Shown here: positions 32,601 through 41,709 of the stretch, one piece after another
Position numbering within the stretch: position 1 is the first letter of the stretch
Layout of the letters: each line of letters opens with the position of its first letter
From: a virus
Strand: one strand, 5' to 3'
DNA: 64,000 nucleotides
Virus record (IMG/VR): IMGVR_UViG_3300042691_048368
Location: 30,998 to 94,997 of that record
Made by a program: the position numbers and the translations under genes
The notes under the pieces: model-generated
Told to the model about the DNA's origin: nothing
Databases searched by the model: none
What the model saw: only the letters and a program-made list of their open reading frames with translations

Positions 32601-33165
32601 TTTGTTTTAGTTTTCCAAGTGTTGGAAATTTTGGAAGTTTGGAAAATACTAAATCTATCGATATTGGGTTGATAGTGGGTAACTTGGGAATGGTTGGTAT
32701 TTTACTAAAGACAATACTCAAAATAATTGGTTTTGGTATTGGTAACATCAGTGGATCCAGTTTACCATATCTAAGTGGTATTATCAAAGTCCTCGGTTTC
32801 GGTAATTTAGACAATTGATCGGTTGTTACTAATTGGGTTTCTGTGTTTGAAATAGATTTTTGAATATCCAAAAGCTGCTTAGTTGATGAGGAAAGTAATT
32901 TCTTTACTGTAAGTTCTATCTGATTTATTTTTTTAGAAAATTCTACTGAACTGTTATCCTTAGTTGGTTTCTTTGCAGTTTTTTGACTTTCCTCTATAGA
33001 TTCTTTCAGAGATTTATTAAGTTCTCCAAGTTTTTTCGAAATATCTCCACTAGATAGTGCCTTTGATGTGTCGGATTTCTTATCTGTCTTCTTGGACAGA
33101 ATTCCTGTCATCATTTCAATAGCAAACGATAAATTGTTCAGAGCATCGAGTAACTTCTTATCCAT
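26686..33165 (-). CDS. Tape measure protein (about 2159 aa)
   Basis: Long A/G/I/L-rich helical protein with multiple hydrophobic repeats, near the sheath gene. Start reassigned to ATG 33165, after ATATATA. Confidence 0.7.
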   Translation of the reverse strand: MDKKLLDALNNLSFAIEMMTGILSKKTDKKSDTSKALSSGDISKKLGELNKSLKESIEESQKTAKKPTKDNSSVEFSKKINQIELTVKKLLSSSTKQLLDIQKSISNTETQLVTTDQLSKLPKPRTLIIPLRYGKLDPLMLPIPKPIILSIVFSKIPTIPKLPTINPISIDLVFSKLPKFPTLGKLKQSIDLSFSKIPKLPTIPNIKSTVEFIIGKFPKFPSVPRLKSSIDFVVSKLPKLPTVKNLKSSIDFVVSKLPKLPTVKSLKSTIDFAVSKLPKLPTVKSLKSTIDFAVTKLPKLPTVKNLKSSIDFAISKLPKLPTVKNLKSSIDFAVSKLPKLPTVKSLKSTIDFAVSKLPKLPTVKNLKSSIEFAVSKLPKLPTVKSLKSTIDFTVSKLPKLPNVPNIKSSIDFTVSKLPKLPTVPKIKSSIDFAVSKLPQMPKLPRFPKIDLGFTTPKLPKLPKLPKLPDLSLSIQKPKLPKFPSLPKMPNINLEFLKPKLPKFPSLPKMPEIGLKFGRPKPPILPQPKPVEVEVKYKKPKPRTIESQAKSDKDGGIFGKAGDPKETQKIQSGLKIIILIAAGVLAIGLALKIVGNVNFASVLGLGIAISVLAIAFTKLAEAKNLTPGRAAGLTAVLVGISLAVMLSSFILAAVRPVGVLQMITAILIAGMFTVLSYGLGKMLIGISKISGKGLLMVPLLPFIMVGISLAIAASSQILGMVRPVGLFQMITSILIAAMFSAVSYGLGGLLSGLGKLGVKSIAMIPLLPLVLVAISAAILGSSFLLAGVKPVGLFQLITSVFIAGVFAVIGYGLGKLLKGMEGISKGKAILASVILPILLIAVSAAILGSSFLLAGVKPIGLFQALTAVLIAIVFIPISFAIPYITKGISNVSPAKMALVPIILVAMALTIMLSSYILSEIKIVPFSKLVNAVGISIVLGLIGVGMSFVFNRLSKFNKKTMIDGAINLVIISAAVVATSLILSIGKYDKYPSITWIFFAGIAMVGFGYAIFALDKLKMTPTKVLKGAISLVVISAAILATSLILSKGTYDKYPSFTWLINAALSMVSFGFAIYLLDKVGLSVAQAIKGGIAIIAIAATIYVSSLLLNMGEYNKYPSFAWTLGAAAAMIPFGIAAVLLGTIASSGVGALAILAGLVAIIAIAGTVMAVSMILNKGDYTKPVPYQWTLQTAAAMVPFGLAAVLLGPMLPLVIVGGVALLAVAAVVVATDKILSVGKYTNYPSIEWTKGVGLALTGFATGMGTLGAIIAGSFGLGAAALALGAAAVLGVAETVVLASEILSKGKYGNGPTVQWASGVALSLAAFSDIYKMLVANSVMSLFGGADIGPKAFSESILMISDSIVEAANKLSKGNFTGGPTKQWASSVAIALGAFGQVYKMLLANAIFDLFGGGVGPKEFGEAIVTISKSINTAAFYLSKGNFKGGPDFKWSQGVSLAIGAFGQVYKMLLDNAGIEFFRSGVTPEQFATAIVTISQGIKSAATELAKGEQEYKKGPSKEWSEGVSLALGGFAPIYKILVDNQGVWKSGVSVDDFKNAIVSISQGIVTAATELGRGTEDYKKGPTKAWAEGVSTALQAFTGVFQVLNADSGWFSGPIKPETYKLAIQSIGMGLAEAAKALGGEGVSYDLNKVPKKAWGQAVNDTFQAFIPALKYISEQSGWFTDGAETTVTNMRAISQAIAEAGRTISGGNFTTIIDPKWGQNVKLTFNEFTLILQQLDEADIDMDEDGDFYKLSKATDTLVSISNKLSTGNYKDIPANYMANTKINISTFLSITKVMEAYKVDEDKLEKMIELATNLKNVSHIIARGNFSKVIPKAWMDSLRVNLVSFSQMLNTFKGDGLFSFLSTSTTDKVNQLADGIIQLATKFNENKVPFDLRKVPKLEWSQGFSTAINAVLPGLNYIQQNEGLLSGGEDKFKSGVSAIADSLVIVSQKLARGKFDKILDPKYFKNLADSTTSYINITKSLEEADADYDSVSDMADSMVELAKAYDRLSQALTNLNGQLGAVDMERMTMLKNLSGSIVMLSLMDSAQFESMMTSLESKAKIFVDVMKDTQSSAPAAMEAKPTKPAEVKPGTKPTTTAAVKTPTATTPKQTPEDTMKNLTEAIKALNSIVGSIAGVIVGGSKDGKVSLQEYLNAKKKEKSSLIDD
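31840..32680 (-). repeat. 60-bp (20-aa) tandem repeat, about 14 copies, inside the tape measure gene
   Basis: Unit KSSIDFxVSKLPKLPTVKxL. The period is visible as aligned 60-nt lines from 31861 to 32641. Confidence 0.9.
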
Positions 33166-33224
33166 TGATAATATAAATATTATTGTATATATAAATTCGT
33201 GGAAACTCTTTAATATATAATCAT

Positions 33225-33683
33225 ATGGCCTCACAAAGTATTTACATACAATCAAGTAATAGAGAATCTCTGAAAGATAGTCATCTAAACGACATTTTGG
33301 ATAAAATCCAAATTGGTGGGGTCTTGTCGGAATTAGAAACAAAATTCATTCAAGAATATGAAAATCTATTAGAAACTGACTTGAAAGATTTTTCACACTT
33401 ATCAAAAAATCAAGTATTTGATAAAGTTTGTTATCTTTTGGAAAGAAACAAGACTATCATATGTGATTTGTTCGACAAAAATGGAAAAATAAATGATAGA
33501 ATAATTTCGATCGAGAATCTCTTTGAGGAAGAGTGTTGTTCTATTCTATTGAAACATGGAGATTCTGTAAAGATAATGGACAAATACTTGTATAAAATTA
33601 GTTATAACATCAGAAAAGATCAATATAATTTGGAGTTACAAGGTGAGTACTATGAAAAAATAAGCAAAGAGAATGGAGATTAA
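33225..33683 (+). CDS. Hypothetical protein with xxILDKI motif
   Basis: LNDILDKIQIGGVLSELETKFI. Confidence 0.55.
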   Translation: MASQSIYIQSSNRESLKDSHLNDILDKIQIGGVLSELETKFIQEYENLLETDLKDFSHLSKNQVFDKVCYLLERNKTIICDLFDKNGKINDRIISIENLFEEECCSILLKHGDSVKIMDKYLYKISYNIRKDQYNLELQGEYYEKISKENGD

Positions 33684-33939
33684 CAGATGGAAAAAATTCA
33701 TTGAATCGATAAGTGGTACAACAGATACCATGCCGTTCGGTCCTAATTCACCCAGACAAGAATTAAAAAACACTATTTCAAGTAAAGACACAACAGTATT
33801 GGAGGGATCCGATGGCGTTTTTTATGATCTTTATAAGTTTCAAGATTTATATAATCAATATCTATCAAATGGTGGTGGCGAGAATCTTTCGGATTTTACT
33901 AAAGAAAATATTGATAAAATTCTACATTTTTTGTCTTAA
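33673..33939 (+). CDS. Small protein with CTS-like N-terminus
   Basis: MEINRWKKFIES. Confidence 0.55.
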   Translation: MEINRWKKFIESISGTTDTMPFGPNSPRQELKNTISSKDTTVLEGSDGVFYDLYKFQDLYNQYLSNGGGENLSDFTKENIDKILHFLS

Positions 33940-33942
33940 AAT

Positions 33943-33971
33943 AAAAAAACCCTCTTTCGAGGGTTTTTTTT
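33943..33971. terminator. Bidirectional intrinsic terminator
   Basis: A-run, CCCTC-TTTC-GAGGG, T-run. Confidence 0.85.
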
Positions 33972-33993
33972 ATTATATCTCTTGCTGTGTCGA

Positions 33994-36900
33994 TTATGCA
34001 AATCCACCAGCTTCGATAGCTCCAGTTCTGAGTATTGTGATATTGTTAACAATAACACCCATACCTTTGATTGGTTCAACGTATGTATCGATAACACCAA
34101 TTTGTCTGTCGATAAGATCAGGTGGGTTGTTCTCTTCATCACACTTGTTGAAGTAGTTATATAGACCATTTCTAGCTACATAAGTTTCACAGATAACGTC
34201 AGCTTTCAACTTAATTTCAGCTCTTGTATCAGGTGTATTGAACTTCCACTGGAAATCAAGTAACATATTTCCAAGTTCTCTTTCAAGTTCAATAAGAACT
34301 TCTCTAACGTGGAGTAATGAAAGAGCTGATTTGTAAATGACTTGAGCTGTGTTTTCAGTTTCGATAACGAATCCTCTATTTCTCTTGAACACGATTGGGT
34401 TCATTTGAGCTAAGTTGAGGTTCTCAATGTCAGTGAAACTGTAGTTTTGTTCTACACCTTGAATACCAAGAATCTTACCATTAGTTACACCAGCTGCGAT
34501 AGTCCAAGGTACAATCGAAGTTTCAAGTGCTAACTGCTTTCTTAAGTAAGTAGTAGCTGCGAACATAGCTGGTGGTAATTCTGCTGGTCTTCCGTTATCA
34601 TTTACGATTAGATATGGTAGGAAGTAACCAACTGCACTTACACCTTTTCCTTTACCGAATGAATATAAGAAATTCGGATTCTTTTCAGCGTCTCCACCAG
34701 CTGCGATGAGTGCTGTATCGAGATTGCCATTAGCATCTAAGAAGTTAGGATTTGCAGAATTTCTAAACTGTCTCATAGATGGCATGTTTATGAATCCAAG
34801 ACAATCAAGACGTTCTCCACATATATCTACTATTTCTTGCTTCGAATCTTCGGTGAGACCTAGTCCAAAGGAATCAACTACATATCTGAAATCAATAGCG
34901 TCTTTATTAACTAATGCTTTGAATAATGTAGTACCTCTAGATACAACACTCATGATATTATCTTGGGTTGCATCTGTACCATCAGGCATGGAAGCGTCTC
35001 TTACTCTGAACCCTTTCAAAGGAATAGCTTTGTAAGTACCTGCATAAGAATCTAGAGGAGTATATCTTAGAGTCTGTTTTCCACTACCTACTGTGAACTT
35101 TTGAATTTTTGCATCACAAGTAACTTCAGCATATGTTGGATCGACTGACCATGATTTCTTATTCAGAATTCTAGTTAATCTTCTACCTACTTCACCAGTT
35201 GATAATTCATCTGGATCCTCATTTACATATGCAAGTAGGAAATCACCTATTTTAACATCAGCGTATCTAGATCCCTTTATTAGAACTTTATTATCAATTG
35301 GTGTGTAACCAGCTGGTTCATAAATTTCTAGAGTTTCTTTCAAGTTACTCAAATCTGAAATAACAGTTATGTCTTTATTCAATACTGTTGGGCTTGGTAC
35401 AGAAACAGTGCCTGTGAGTGTATTATTTTTGAAATCAACGAAAAGATCTGTTCCAGTTGAATAAGCTGAAATATAATATCTTGTTTCCGCATTCCAAACT
35501 CTTGTGATGCCAGTTAGTACTTCATCAGTGGCTGACTTGTCTAGATAGTATGAGAAGTAATCGGTACTATATGCTCCTGAAAAAGTTGTACCAGTACTTG
35601 GATCAACGATGGAGTTTGTTGCTACATCACCGAGTGTGTATGTTTTATAATTCAATACTGAATCTGGTACTATGATTGATTCTGTACCAGCAACACCAGT
35701 CCAAGGTGATTGATCGAATACAATTACTGGTTTATCAACAGAATCGTTTGTGAATACAACTCTTAGAACTTTATCAGTAAGATTTCCGAAGAAATAATCA
35801 CCAGAGTTTATACGACCATCGAAGAATGATGTATATACAGACGAATATTTACCAGCTACCCCATAGGTTGCGGATGAACCAACTTGTGTTTTTGTTTCTA
35901 ATCCGAGTGTTCCTATGAAAAATTCATCATCCTGTTTATAGAATACTAAGTTTCCATTTGCGATTGATTCCGGAACAACAGTCACTCCCAAAGACAATTT
36001 GAAAGATTTATTTTGTGTTGTTGTTGTGATTATATTCGAAATAGTAGCGTTTTCTAATGATAACTTTTCTTTTGTAGTGGTATTTGTAAGAATAGTCATC
36101 TTTTTGATGTTAGTTGAATCTAACATTGAAACAAGAAGATTGAAAATTCTAAATCTTCTGTGAGCATCATAATCATAATAAACATCTGTCTGAGCTGTTC
36201 CGAGGAAAGTTACAGTAATACTACCATCACCATTGTCGATAACTGTGTAATCAGTACCCTTTACAAAATTTCTGTTATCTGTAAAGGTTGCAGGTGTTGC
36301 TAATTCACTGAATGTTCCACCAATACCAACTCCAATGAAGGTTGCGTTATGTAATGTGTTCAGAGTTGAAAGACTATACGATGCGTAACCAATTACAACA
36401 TCAGTAGCTGTAAGTGTGGGTAATTCACCCGCTTTGAGTCCAATTGATCTTTCAACATTACCAGTTGTGCTATTTAAATAGAAAGTTGAAGCGAAACTTT
36501 GTGTTAAAGCTGCCGTGAGACCGACGTAATTGTTTGTGGAGATAGAGAAAGTAATTGATGTTGCACTACTCACTCCACCTTGAACCAATACTTTGGAACC
36601 GTTAGAAACAAAATATGGTTGTGAAGTAGTACCTGAACCAAGAGAAGGTGGACTTGCAACAAACTCAACAATTATTTGACTAGTAGATTGAGTTAATGAG
36701 CTAGCTGATCCCAAGATGATACCATTTATATAGTTTTCTGAGAAATAAGCAGTTCTAGAACCACCAGAATACCAAGTATCTGTTCTTAATGATGAAAGTG
36801 AAGGTCCTAAAGCAACAACAGTTTGTCCAGTAGAACCACCAGCTAAGTCAAGTGTTTTAGCTTCAAATGGATTGTATTCCGTGATTGTTTCTTTATATGA

Positions 36901-37902
36901 TAGAAAATCGATGGTATCTTGCTCGATATCAACTAAAGAGTTGTTTTTAGCTAGATTGTTACCGATGATATCTACCATACCATTTGAAAATTCACCTTCC
37001 AATTTGGCTGCGTTGAATGCACAAAAGACACCTGTTCTTTCGGTATCTGCATTTATAGTTGATTCGATGAAGATATTTCTTCCGTTAGAATCTTTGAAAA
37101 AGGGAATTAAAGAACAACCCTCATAGAAAGCTAAAGTGTTAACATTTCTATTTTGTGCGAAATTTGATACTTGGTCCTTGTTTAAACCCTTTGTCTGGAA
37201 ATAAGCTGACCACCTTGGATCTACTGCTAATTCCTGATAATTTGACCAATCTCCACCCACGATTAAAACGTCTACTAAGTAGTCAGATGCAAAATCCAAC
37301 TGATTTACATAAGTTGGTACTTTATCAGCTGTGCCGTAGTACTCTAATAATGGTTGATTAAAACCAGTCAATTTAGATTTGAAGATGAATACACTTACAT
37401 ATCTGTTTGAAAGATTTGTGATTGAGAACAATCTATCAGCTCCGTTCGGTTCATTTTTTACCGATTCTAAGAATGTAGTTGTATCTTTTTTCCAGAAACT
37501 TGATGTGTCATGAACTTTTCTGAATGGAATTTCTCTGATAATATCATTTGATTTATCAGAACTTGTTGATAGTGACCTATATTGAACTTTATCTAAAGTA
37601 TCATCTGTGGCAAGAAGATTCATTGCCAAGACGGTATTAGACTCAAGCATTTTAGCCACTGTTCTGTGAAAGAACGAACCCTTTCTTTCGAGGTTTCTAT
37701 CCAATGGGCCAAACACCAGTTCTAAATCCGAAAGATTCGAAATAAGTATAGGTGTATTAACAGGTCCCTTCTTGGACACCCCTATTACAAGAGTTGGTGG
37801 AATGTTAACTCCGGGTACAGGTGGGTTTGGTATAATCGACTGGTCAAATTCTTCGAAGAAGATACCTGGTCTTTTATATTTACCAATTTGAATTGCTGCC
37901 AT
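33994..37902 (-). CDS. Tail sheath protein (gp18-like) with large insertions
   Basis: N-terminal RPGIFFEEFD...SKKGPVNTP...FG. C-terminal WTIAAG, MNPIV, LHVREVLI, FNTPDTR, CDEENN and DTYVEPIK. Confidence 0.9.
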   Translation of the reverse strand: MAAIQIGKYKRPGIFFEEFDQSIIPNPPVPGVNIPPTLVIGVSKKGPVNTPILISNLSDLELVFGPLDRNLERKGSFFHRTVAKMLESNTVLAMNLLATDDTLDKVQYRSLSTSSDKSNDIIREIPFRKVHDTSSFWKKDTTTFLESVKNEPNGADRLFSITNLSNRYVSVFIFKSKLTGFNQPLLEYYGTADKVPTYVNQLDFASDYLVDVLIVGGDWSNYQELAVDPRWSAYFQTKGLNKDQVSNFAQNRNVNTLAFYEGCSLIPFFKDSNGRNIFIESTINADTERTGVFCAFNAAKLEGEFSNGMVDIIGNNLAKNNSLVDIEQDTIDFLSYKETITEYNPFEAKTLDLAGGSTGQTVVALGPSLSSLRTDTWYSGGSRTAYFSENYINGIILGSASSLTQSTSQIIVEFVASPPSLGSGTTSQPYFVSNGSKVLVQGGVSSATSITFSISTNNYVGLTAALTQSFASTFYLNSTTGNVERSIGLKAGELPTLTATDVVIGYASYSLSTLNTLHNATFIGVGIGGTFSELATPATFTDNRNFVKGTDYTVIDNGDGSITVTFLGTAQTDVYYDYDAHRRFRIFNLLVSMLDSTNIKKMTILTNTTTKEKLSLENATISNIITTTTQNKSFKLSLGVTVVPESIANGNLVFYKQDDEFFIGTLGLETKTQVGSSATYGVAGKYSSVYTSFFDGRINSGDYFFGNLTDKVLRVVFTNDSVDKPVIVFDQSPWTGVAGTESIIVPDSVLNYKTYTLGDVATNSIVDPSTGTTFSGAYSTDYFSYYLDKSATDEVLTGITRVWNAETRYYISAYSTGTDLFVDFKNNTLTGTVSVPSPTVLNKDITVISDLSNLKETLEIYEPAGYTPIDNKVLIKGSRYADVKIGDFLLAYVNEDPDELSTGEVGRRLTRILNKKSWSVDPTYAEVTCDAKIQKFTVGSGKQTLRYTPLDSYAGTYKAIPLKGFRVRDASMPDGTDATQDNIMSVVSRGTTLFKALVNKDAIDFRYVVDSFGLGLTEDSKQEIVDICGERLDCLGFINMPSMRQFRNSANPNFLDANGNLDTALIAAGGDAEKNPNFLYSFGKGKGVSAVGYFLPYLIVNDNGRPAELPPAMFAATTYLRKQLALETSIVPWTIAAGVTNGKILGIQGVEQNYSFTDIENLNLAQMNPIVFKRNRGFVIETENTAQVIYKSALSLLHVREVLIELERELGNMLLDFQWKFNTPDTRAEIKLKADVICETYVARNGLYNYFNKCDEENNPPDLIDRQIGVIDTYVEPIKGMGVIVNNITILRTGAIEAGGFA

Positions 37903-38021
37903 AGTATTTACTTTTTTTTTTATTTTAATGTATATATAAAAACCAAATTATCATTTTCGGGTGATTTGGTTTTATACACTACAATATGTTTTATATATTT
38001 TCATCAAAAACCCTATTTTTT

Positions 38022-38591
38022 CTAAGTTTTTATGAACGATCTATCTTGCTTGATTTCCCTAGTCCCATTTCGGATATCCTTTTCGAATTCCGCTAGTTTG
38101 GACATAGTGTTTCTTTCAAGTCTATCACATTCGGCTTTTATTTCACTTATTTTTCTTTTGATATTTTCAATATCAGTTTTTTTGTTTGTGATATCCTGCA
38201 TTAGTGAATCCTTCATTGTGGGATTTGACGAGGACTGACTTTCTTTATCCTTAATCGAATTTTCTACACTGATTTTTTCTTTTTCAAAATCCAATAGTTG
38301 TTTTTTTAGGTCACAGACTCTTGCATACTCTCCTATTAAGGGATTCAAGAATTTCATTTGAGATTTTGTGCCAGTGGGGTTTATGAACTTCTGTGCAGAT
38401 AGTTTAGATACCAAATCCTTCTCATCTTTTGACGTATTGTAAATATTTTCAAGAGTGACACGTTTAATCTTGAATTCTTTTATATTGTCTTCTATTTGAT
38501 TTATCGAATTTGCAGTAGAAGCGATACTAGGCTTGTCTACGCTACTAACACTTATTTTTTCGTTGGTAAAATCATGAAACTTCTTTATCAT
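38022..38591 (-). CDS. Coiled-coil protein with CTS-like N-terminus
   Basis: MIKKFHDFTNE followed by heptad repeats. Confidence 0.6.
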   Translation of the reverse strand: MIKKFHDFTNEKISVSSVDKPSIASTANSINQIEDNIKEFKIKRVTLENIYNTSKDEKDLVSKLSAQKFINPTGTKSQMKFLNPLIGEYARVCDLKKQLLDFEKEKISVENSIKDKESQSSSNPTMKDSLMQDITNKKTDIENIKRKISEIKAECDRLERNTMSKLAEFEKDIRNGTREIKQDRSFIKT

Positions 38592-41500
38592 TTTTTTACA
38601 AGTCCAAAGTTATTTTTTATTCTATCATTTTTGAATTTTGAAGTAATTCCTACAACTTTATCACCACTAGGTCTGTCATATTTTGCACCTCTTTTGGCAG
38701 CTACTGCTTTTCTAGTTTTCGCGTCAGTGGATCCAAGTATAGAAACTTTTGAGACTTGCACATCAATTTCTACAGGGTTGTCTGAATTTATTGATTCACT
38801 TTTGACAAATTTAATTTTGAACGATTTACCAATTTCAAAAATTCTATCATCCTCTTTTTTAAATTCAATGGTACCAACATAGACTATTTCATTTGGTACA
38901 TTTCCTTTTGATATAGATTCCTCCAATGTTTTAGCATCATCTCCAGTTAGTTCTTCACTCAAATATGAAGTTATTAGACTTTGTTTTATTTTATTAGGTT
39001 CGTTAATGTGGAACTTTACAAGTAACACATATTTGTTACCAACATCCGAAGCCTTGGGTTGTGCGTTTATGAATATTATAAGAGATTTATTACCTTTCAA
39101 GGAATTTGATTTAACATCCACTTTGAAAAATGTACTCAAATAGTTTACTTTTTCACCACCTTTGAAATCTTTATAGGAAAATCCTCTTTTTCCGTAAGTG
39201 CCAGACAGTAAGAAACTTAATTCACCTGCTTTACCCAAATCTTCTTTCGCGATCTTAGGAATTTCATCCGGATCAGCATCTCCTGCTTTATCTTCTATAC
39301 CTTGACCTTCTCCAAAATACTTATTGAGTAATGCATGTCTTCTTTGTCTAAATGTAGAATAAGCCCCTCCTTCATTTAACATATCATTTACAAATGTGAA
39401 TAAAGTCAATCCTGATCCTTCTTCTTGATTAGGTCCAACATTTTTAAACTTCGAGTTAGCAAATATCTTTCTATATTTTGTGTCTTGTAAGATATTCATA
39501 ACACCATCTTGCCATTGTTCATATGTCCTTCTAGCTGCCCAAGGTCCGTATCCGGGATTTTCATTAGCACTCCATTCTGGTATACTACTGTCATCTTTCC
39601 CTATAAACTCATATTCCCTAAATGTTTTTAGTGATATTCTCCCTTCCGGTCTTCCCGAAGGAATGTAATCGACCGCATACATTTTATAAGCTTTACCAAA
39701 TATTTTGACTACTTCGAGTATTCTGTCATATATCTGTGCATTTTTAATATCGAGTACAACAGTTGAGTCCTCATCGGCCGCATCTTGTAATGATTTAGCT
39801 TCTTTTTGATCGACTTTATATTTTCCTTCTTCCTCTTCGGTGAATTGTTCCCTCCAAGCATCTTTTACCCTGTCATTGCCACCGGCCTCATCATCTCCAG
39901 TTTCCTCATCATCTTCGGGTGGGTCTACGTTACCCATTTCATCATCATCGGTTGGGGTATCAGCTTCAAAAAGTCTAAATGATTCCCTTTGTGCTTGGGG
40001 TTTATCTTGGCCTCCTTTCTTCTCCGATTCCTTAGCTTTATCTTCTTTCGGCTCTTCTTTCTTTTCACCGATTTTAGCGACATTCTCTTTAGCTATGTCA
40101 TAGGCTTCAATAAAGTCTAATATTGGTTTTTTCAACTCACCAAGAGCTCCTAGAAGTCCTTTATCTTCTTTGAAGGCTAATAATACTCGCGCTACCACAG
40201 AAATGGATTTAACTATGGGTGCATATTTTGTCTTTAATACGCTTACTGCTTCTTTAATAGAATAAGAATCCATAATCTTATCAAAAGTCAATTCTTTAAA
40301 AGTCATTGGTTTTCCTACCGTAGATTCGTTAGCAATAACTTCTTTCATTATCGAAATCAAATATCCTTTTACATTCTCATCACTTTTGACATCATTTTGA
40401 ATTTGAGTCATCGCTGATAAACCTTCTTTCAATAATTCTTCGTTACTTTCAAATGTTCCTCTAACTTTCTTGAAAGCTGCTGATGCTCGATTCTCCCCTT
40501 TCTCATATTCCTTCAATGATTTTGGATCTCCAGGTATTACCTTTTTTGGATCTCCAGGCTTTATTGCTGAATCAGCTGCCTCTCCTCTACCTCTACCAGT
40601 TCCTACCAATTCTTCATTTACCAAAGATTCACTGAGAGTCTTTGGATCTATGATGTTAATAATTGAACCAGCGCCGTAAACACCTTTGTTATTTTTTTGT
40701 GCTACGAGGATTTTAGGTACTATCTTTTTCTTAGGATCTACGACGTCGTCTTTAGTTAAGAATTCCCCATCTTTACCAGGTTGTCTTTGATTTTTTATAT
40801 CAATAACTTTTACTTGTACTTTTTTACCACTTTTATCTGTGTAGGTATATTCTTTACCAACTTCAGGTGTTATAGGTTTTTTATTCTCACCTTCTAATGA
40901 AACTTTCTTCAACTTTAAGGTATCGAAGACTATTCTTATTGATCTAAACATAACAAATAAATTCATCCTTACAATAGTTGCCGGACTTTTTCCACCTTCG
41001 GTAGTTTCATCTTTTTTATTCTTATCTTCATCCTTGTCTTCATCCTCATTGTCCTCATCTTCATCCACATCATCCTCGGGAAGATCTCCAATTTCTTCTT
41101 TCATAGCTCTAAGAGCTTCTAAAAATGCTTCCAATTTTTTTATTACTTCGTCCTTTTCGTCAAAGTTTTCTATTTTTTCAATCATTGTGATAGTTGATCT
41201 GACCAAACCTGGATTAGTATTGTTATCGGCACCTAGCAATGTGGCGACTTTTTTCTCTACTGAATCGGAACTATTGACTACTTTTATTATTTCTTCTAAT
41301 AAAAATTGACTTGTTATTTTTTGTAATTGTCCTTGTTGGGTTTCATCCAATCGAGAGACCGCAATTAAATCATCAAGTGCTTGTTTTAGTCTAGGTATAA
41401 GAAAATTAACCCTAACAGTTTTAACATAGATACCAAGTACTCTAATGGTTGAATTTACAAGTCTCCCTATAAGAGAGGCTCCCCAAGTTATGTCATTTTC

Positions 41501-41611
41501 AAATGTCTCGTTAATTAGAGCGGAGGTTTTGAAATCTTTTTGAAGATTTATATTGTTTGGATTTAACGTTTTTTCAACCAGAAAGTGATTTCTTTTGAGT
41601 AAATATCGCAT
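38588..41611 (-). CDS. Large charged protein (about 1007 aa), probable internal head protein
   Basis: Start reassigned to ATG 41611 (MRYLLKRNHFLVE). Acidic linkers and several [IL]-x-E sites. Confidence 0.6.
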   Translation of the reverse strand: MRYLLKRNHFLVEKTLNPNNINLQKDFKTSALINETFENDITWGASLIGRLVNSTIRVLGIYVKTVRVNFLIPRLKQALDDLIAVSRLDETQQGQLQKITSQFLLEEIIKVVNSSDSVEKKVATLLGADNNTNPGLVRSTITMIEKIENFDEKDEVIKKLEAFLEALRAMKEEIGDLPEDDVDEDEDNEDEDKDEDKNKKDETTEGGKSPATIVRMNLFVMFRSIRIVFDTLKLKKVSLEGENKKPITPEVGKEYTYTDKSGKKVQVKVIDIKNQRQPGKDGEFLTKDDVVDPKKKIVPKILVAQKNNKGVYGAGSIINIIDPKTLSESLVNEELVGTGRGRGEAADSAIKPGDPKKVIPGDPKSLKEYEKGENRASAAFKKVRGTFESNEELLKEGLSAMTQIQNDVKSDENVKGYLISIMKEVIANESTVGKPMTFKELTFDKIMDSYSIKEAVSVLKTKYAPIVKSISVVARVLLAFKEDKGLLGALGELKKPILDFIEAYDIAKENVAKIGEKKEEPKEDKAKESEKKGGQDKPQAQRESFRLFEADTPTDDDEMGNVDPPEDDEETGDDEAGGNDRVKDAWREQFTEEEEGKYKVDQKEAKSLQDAADEDSTVVLDIKNAQIYDRILEVVKIFGKAYKMYAVDYIPSGRPEGRISLKTFREYEFIGKDDSSIPEWSANENPGYGPWAARRTYEQWQDGVMNILQDTKYRKIFANSKFKNVGPNQEEGSGLTLFTFVNDMLNEGGAYSTFRQRRHALLNKYFGEGQGIEDKAGDADPDEIPKIAKEDLGKAGELSFLLSGTYGKRGFSYKDFKGGEKVNYLSTFFKVDVKSNSLKGNKSLIIFINAQPKASDVGNKYVLLVKFHINEPNKIKQSLITSYLSEELTGDDAKTLEESISKGNVPNEIVYVGTIEFKKEDDRIFEIGKSFKIKFVKSESINSDNPVEIDVQVSKVSILGSTDAKTRKAVAAKRGAKYDRPSGDKVVGITSKFKNDRIKNNFGLVKK

Positions 41612-41709
41612 TATATTGCTTAATTTTTGTTTATATATTAATAATAAAGTACTCAAAAAATATTTTTAAACAAGATTCTATATTAAAATAAAATAAATAG
41701 ATCTAATAT

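Noticed and set aside
31840-32680. Possible CRISPR array (60-nt period)
   Set aside because: The whole unit repeats with codon-type variation and no unique spacers. It is a coding tandem repeat.
31061-32818. 585-aa antisense ORF with a 20-aa repeat
   Set aside because: Shadow of the tape measure gene in the frame that shares third codon positions. Stops there need Tyr/His/Gln codons on the sense strand, which are scarce in this region. No promoter motif is evident.
33166-33342. 59-aa N-terminal extension of the tape measure ORF given in the track
   Set aside because: It overlaps the divergent gene and runs through the promoter motifs. ATG 33165 fits better. The same applies to track starts 4465, 16582, 41656, 44645, 48657 and 51899.
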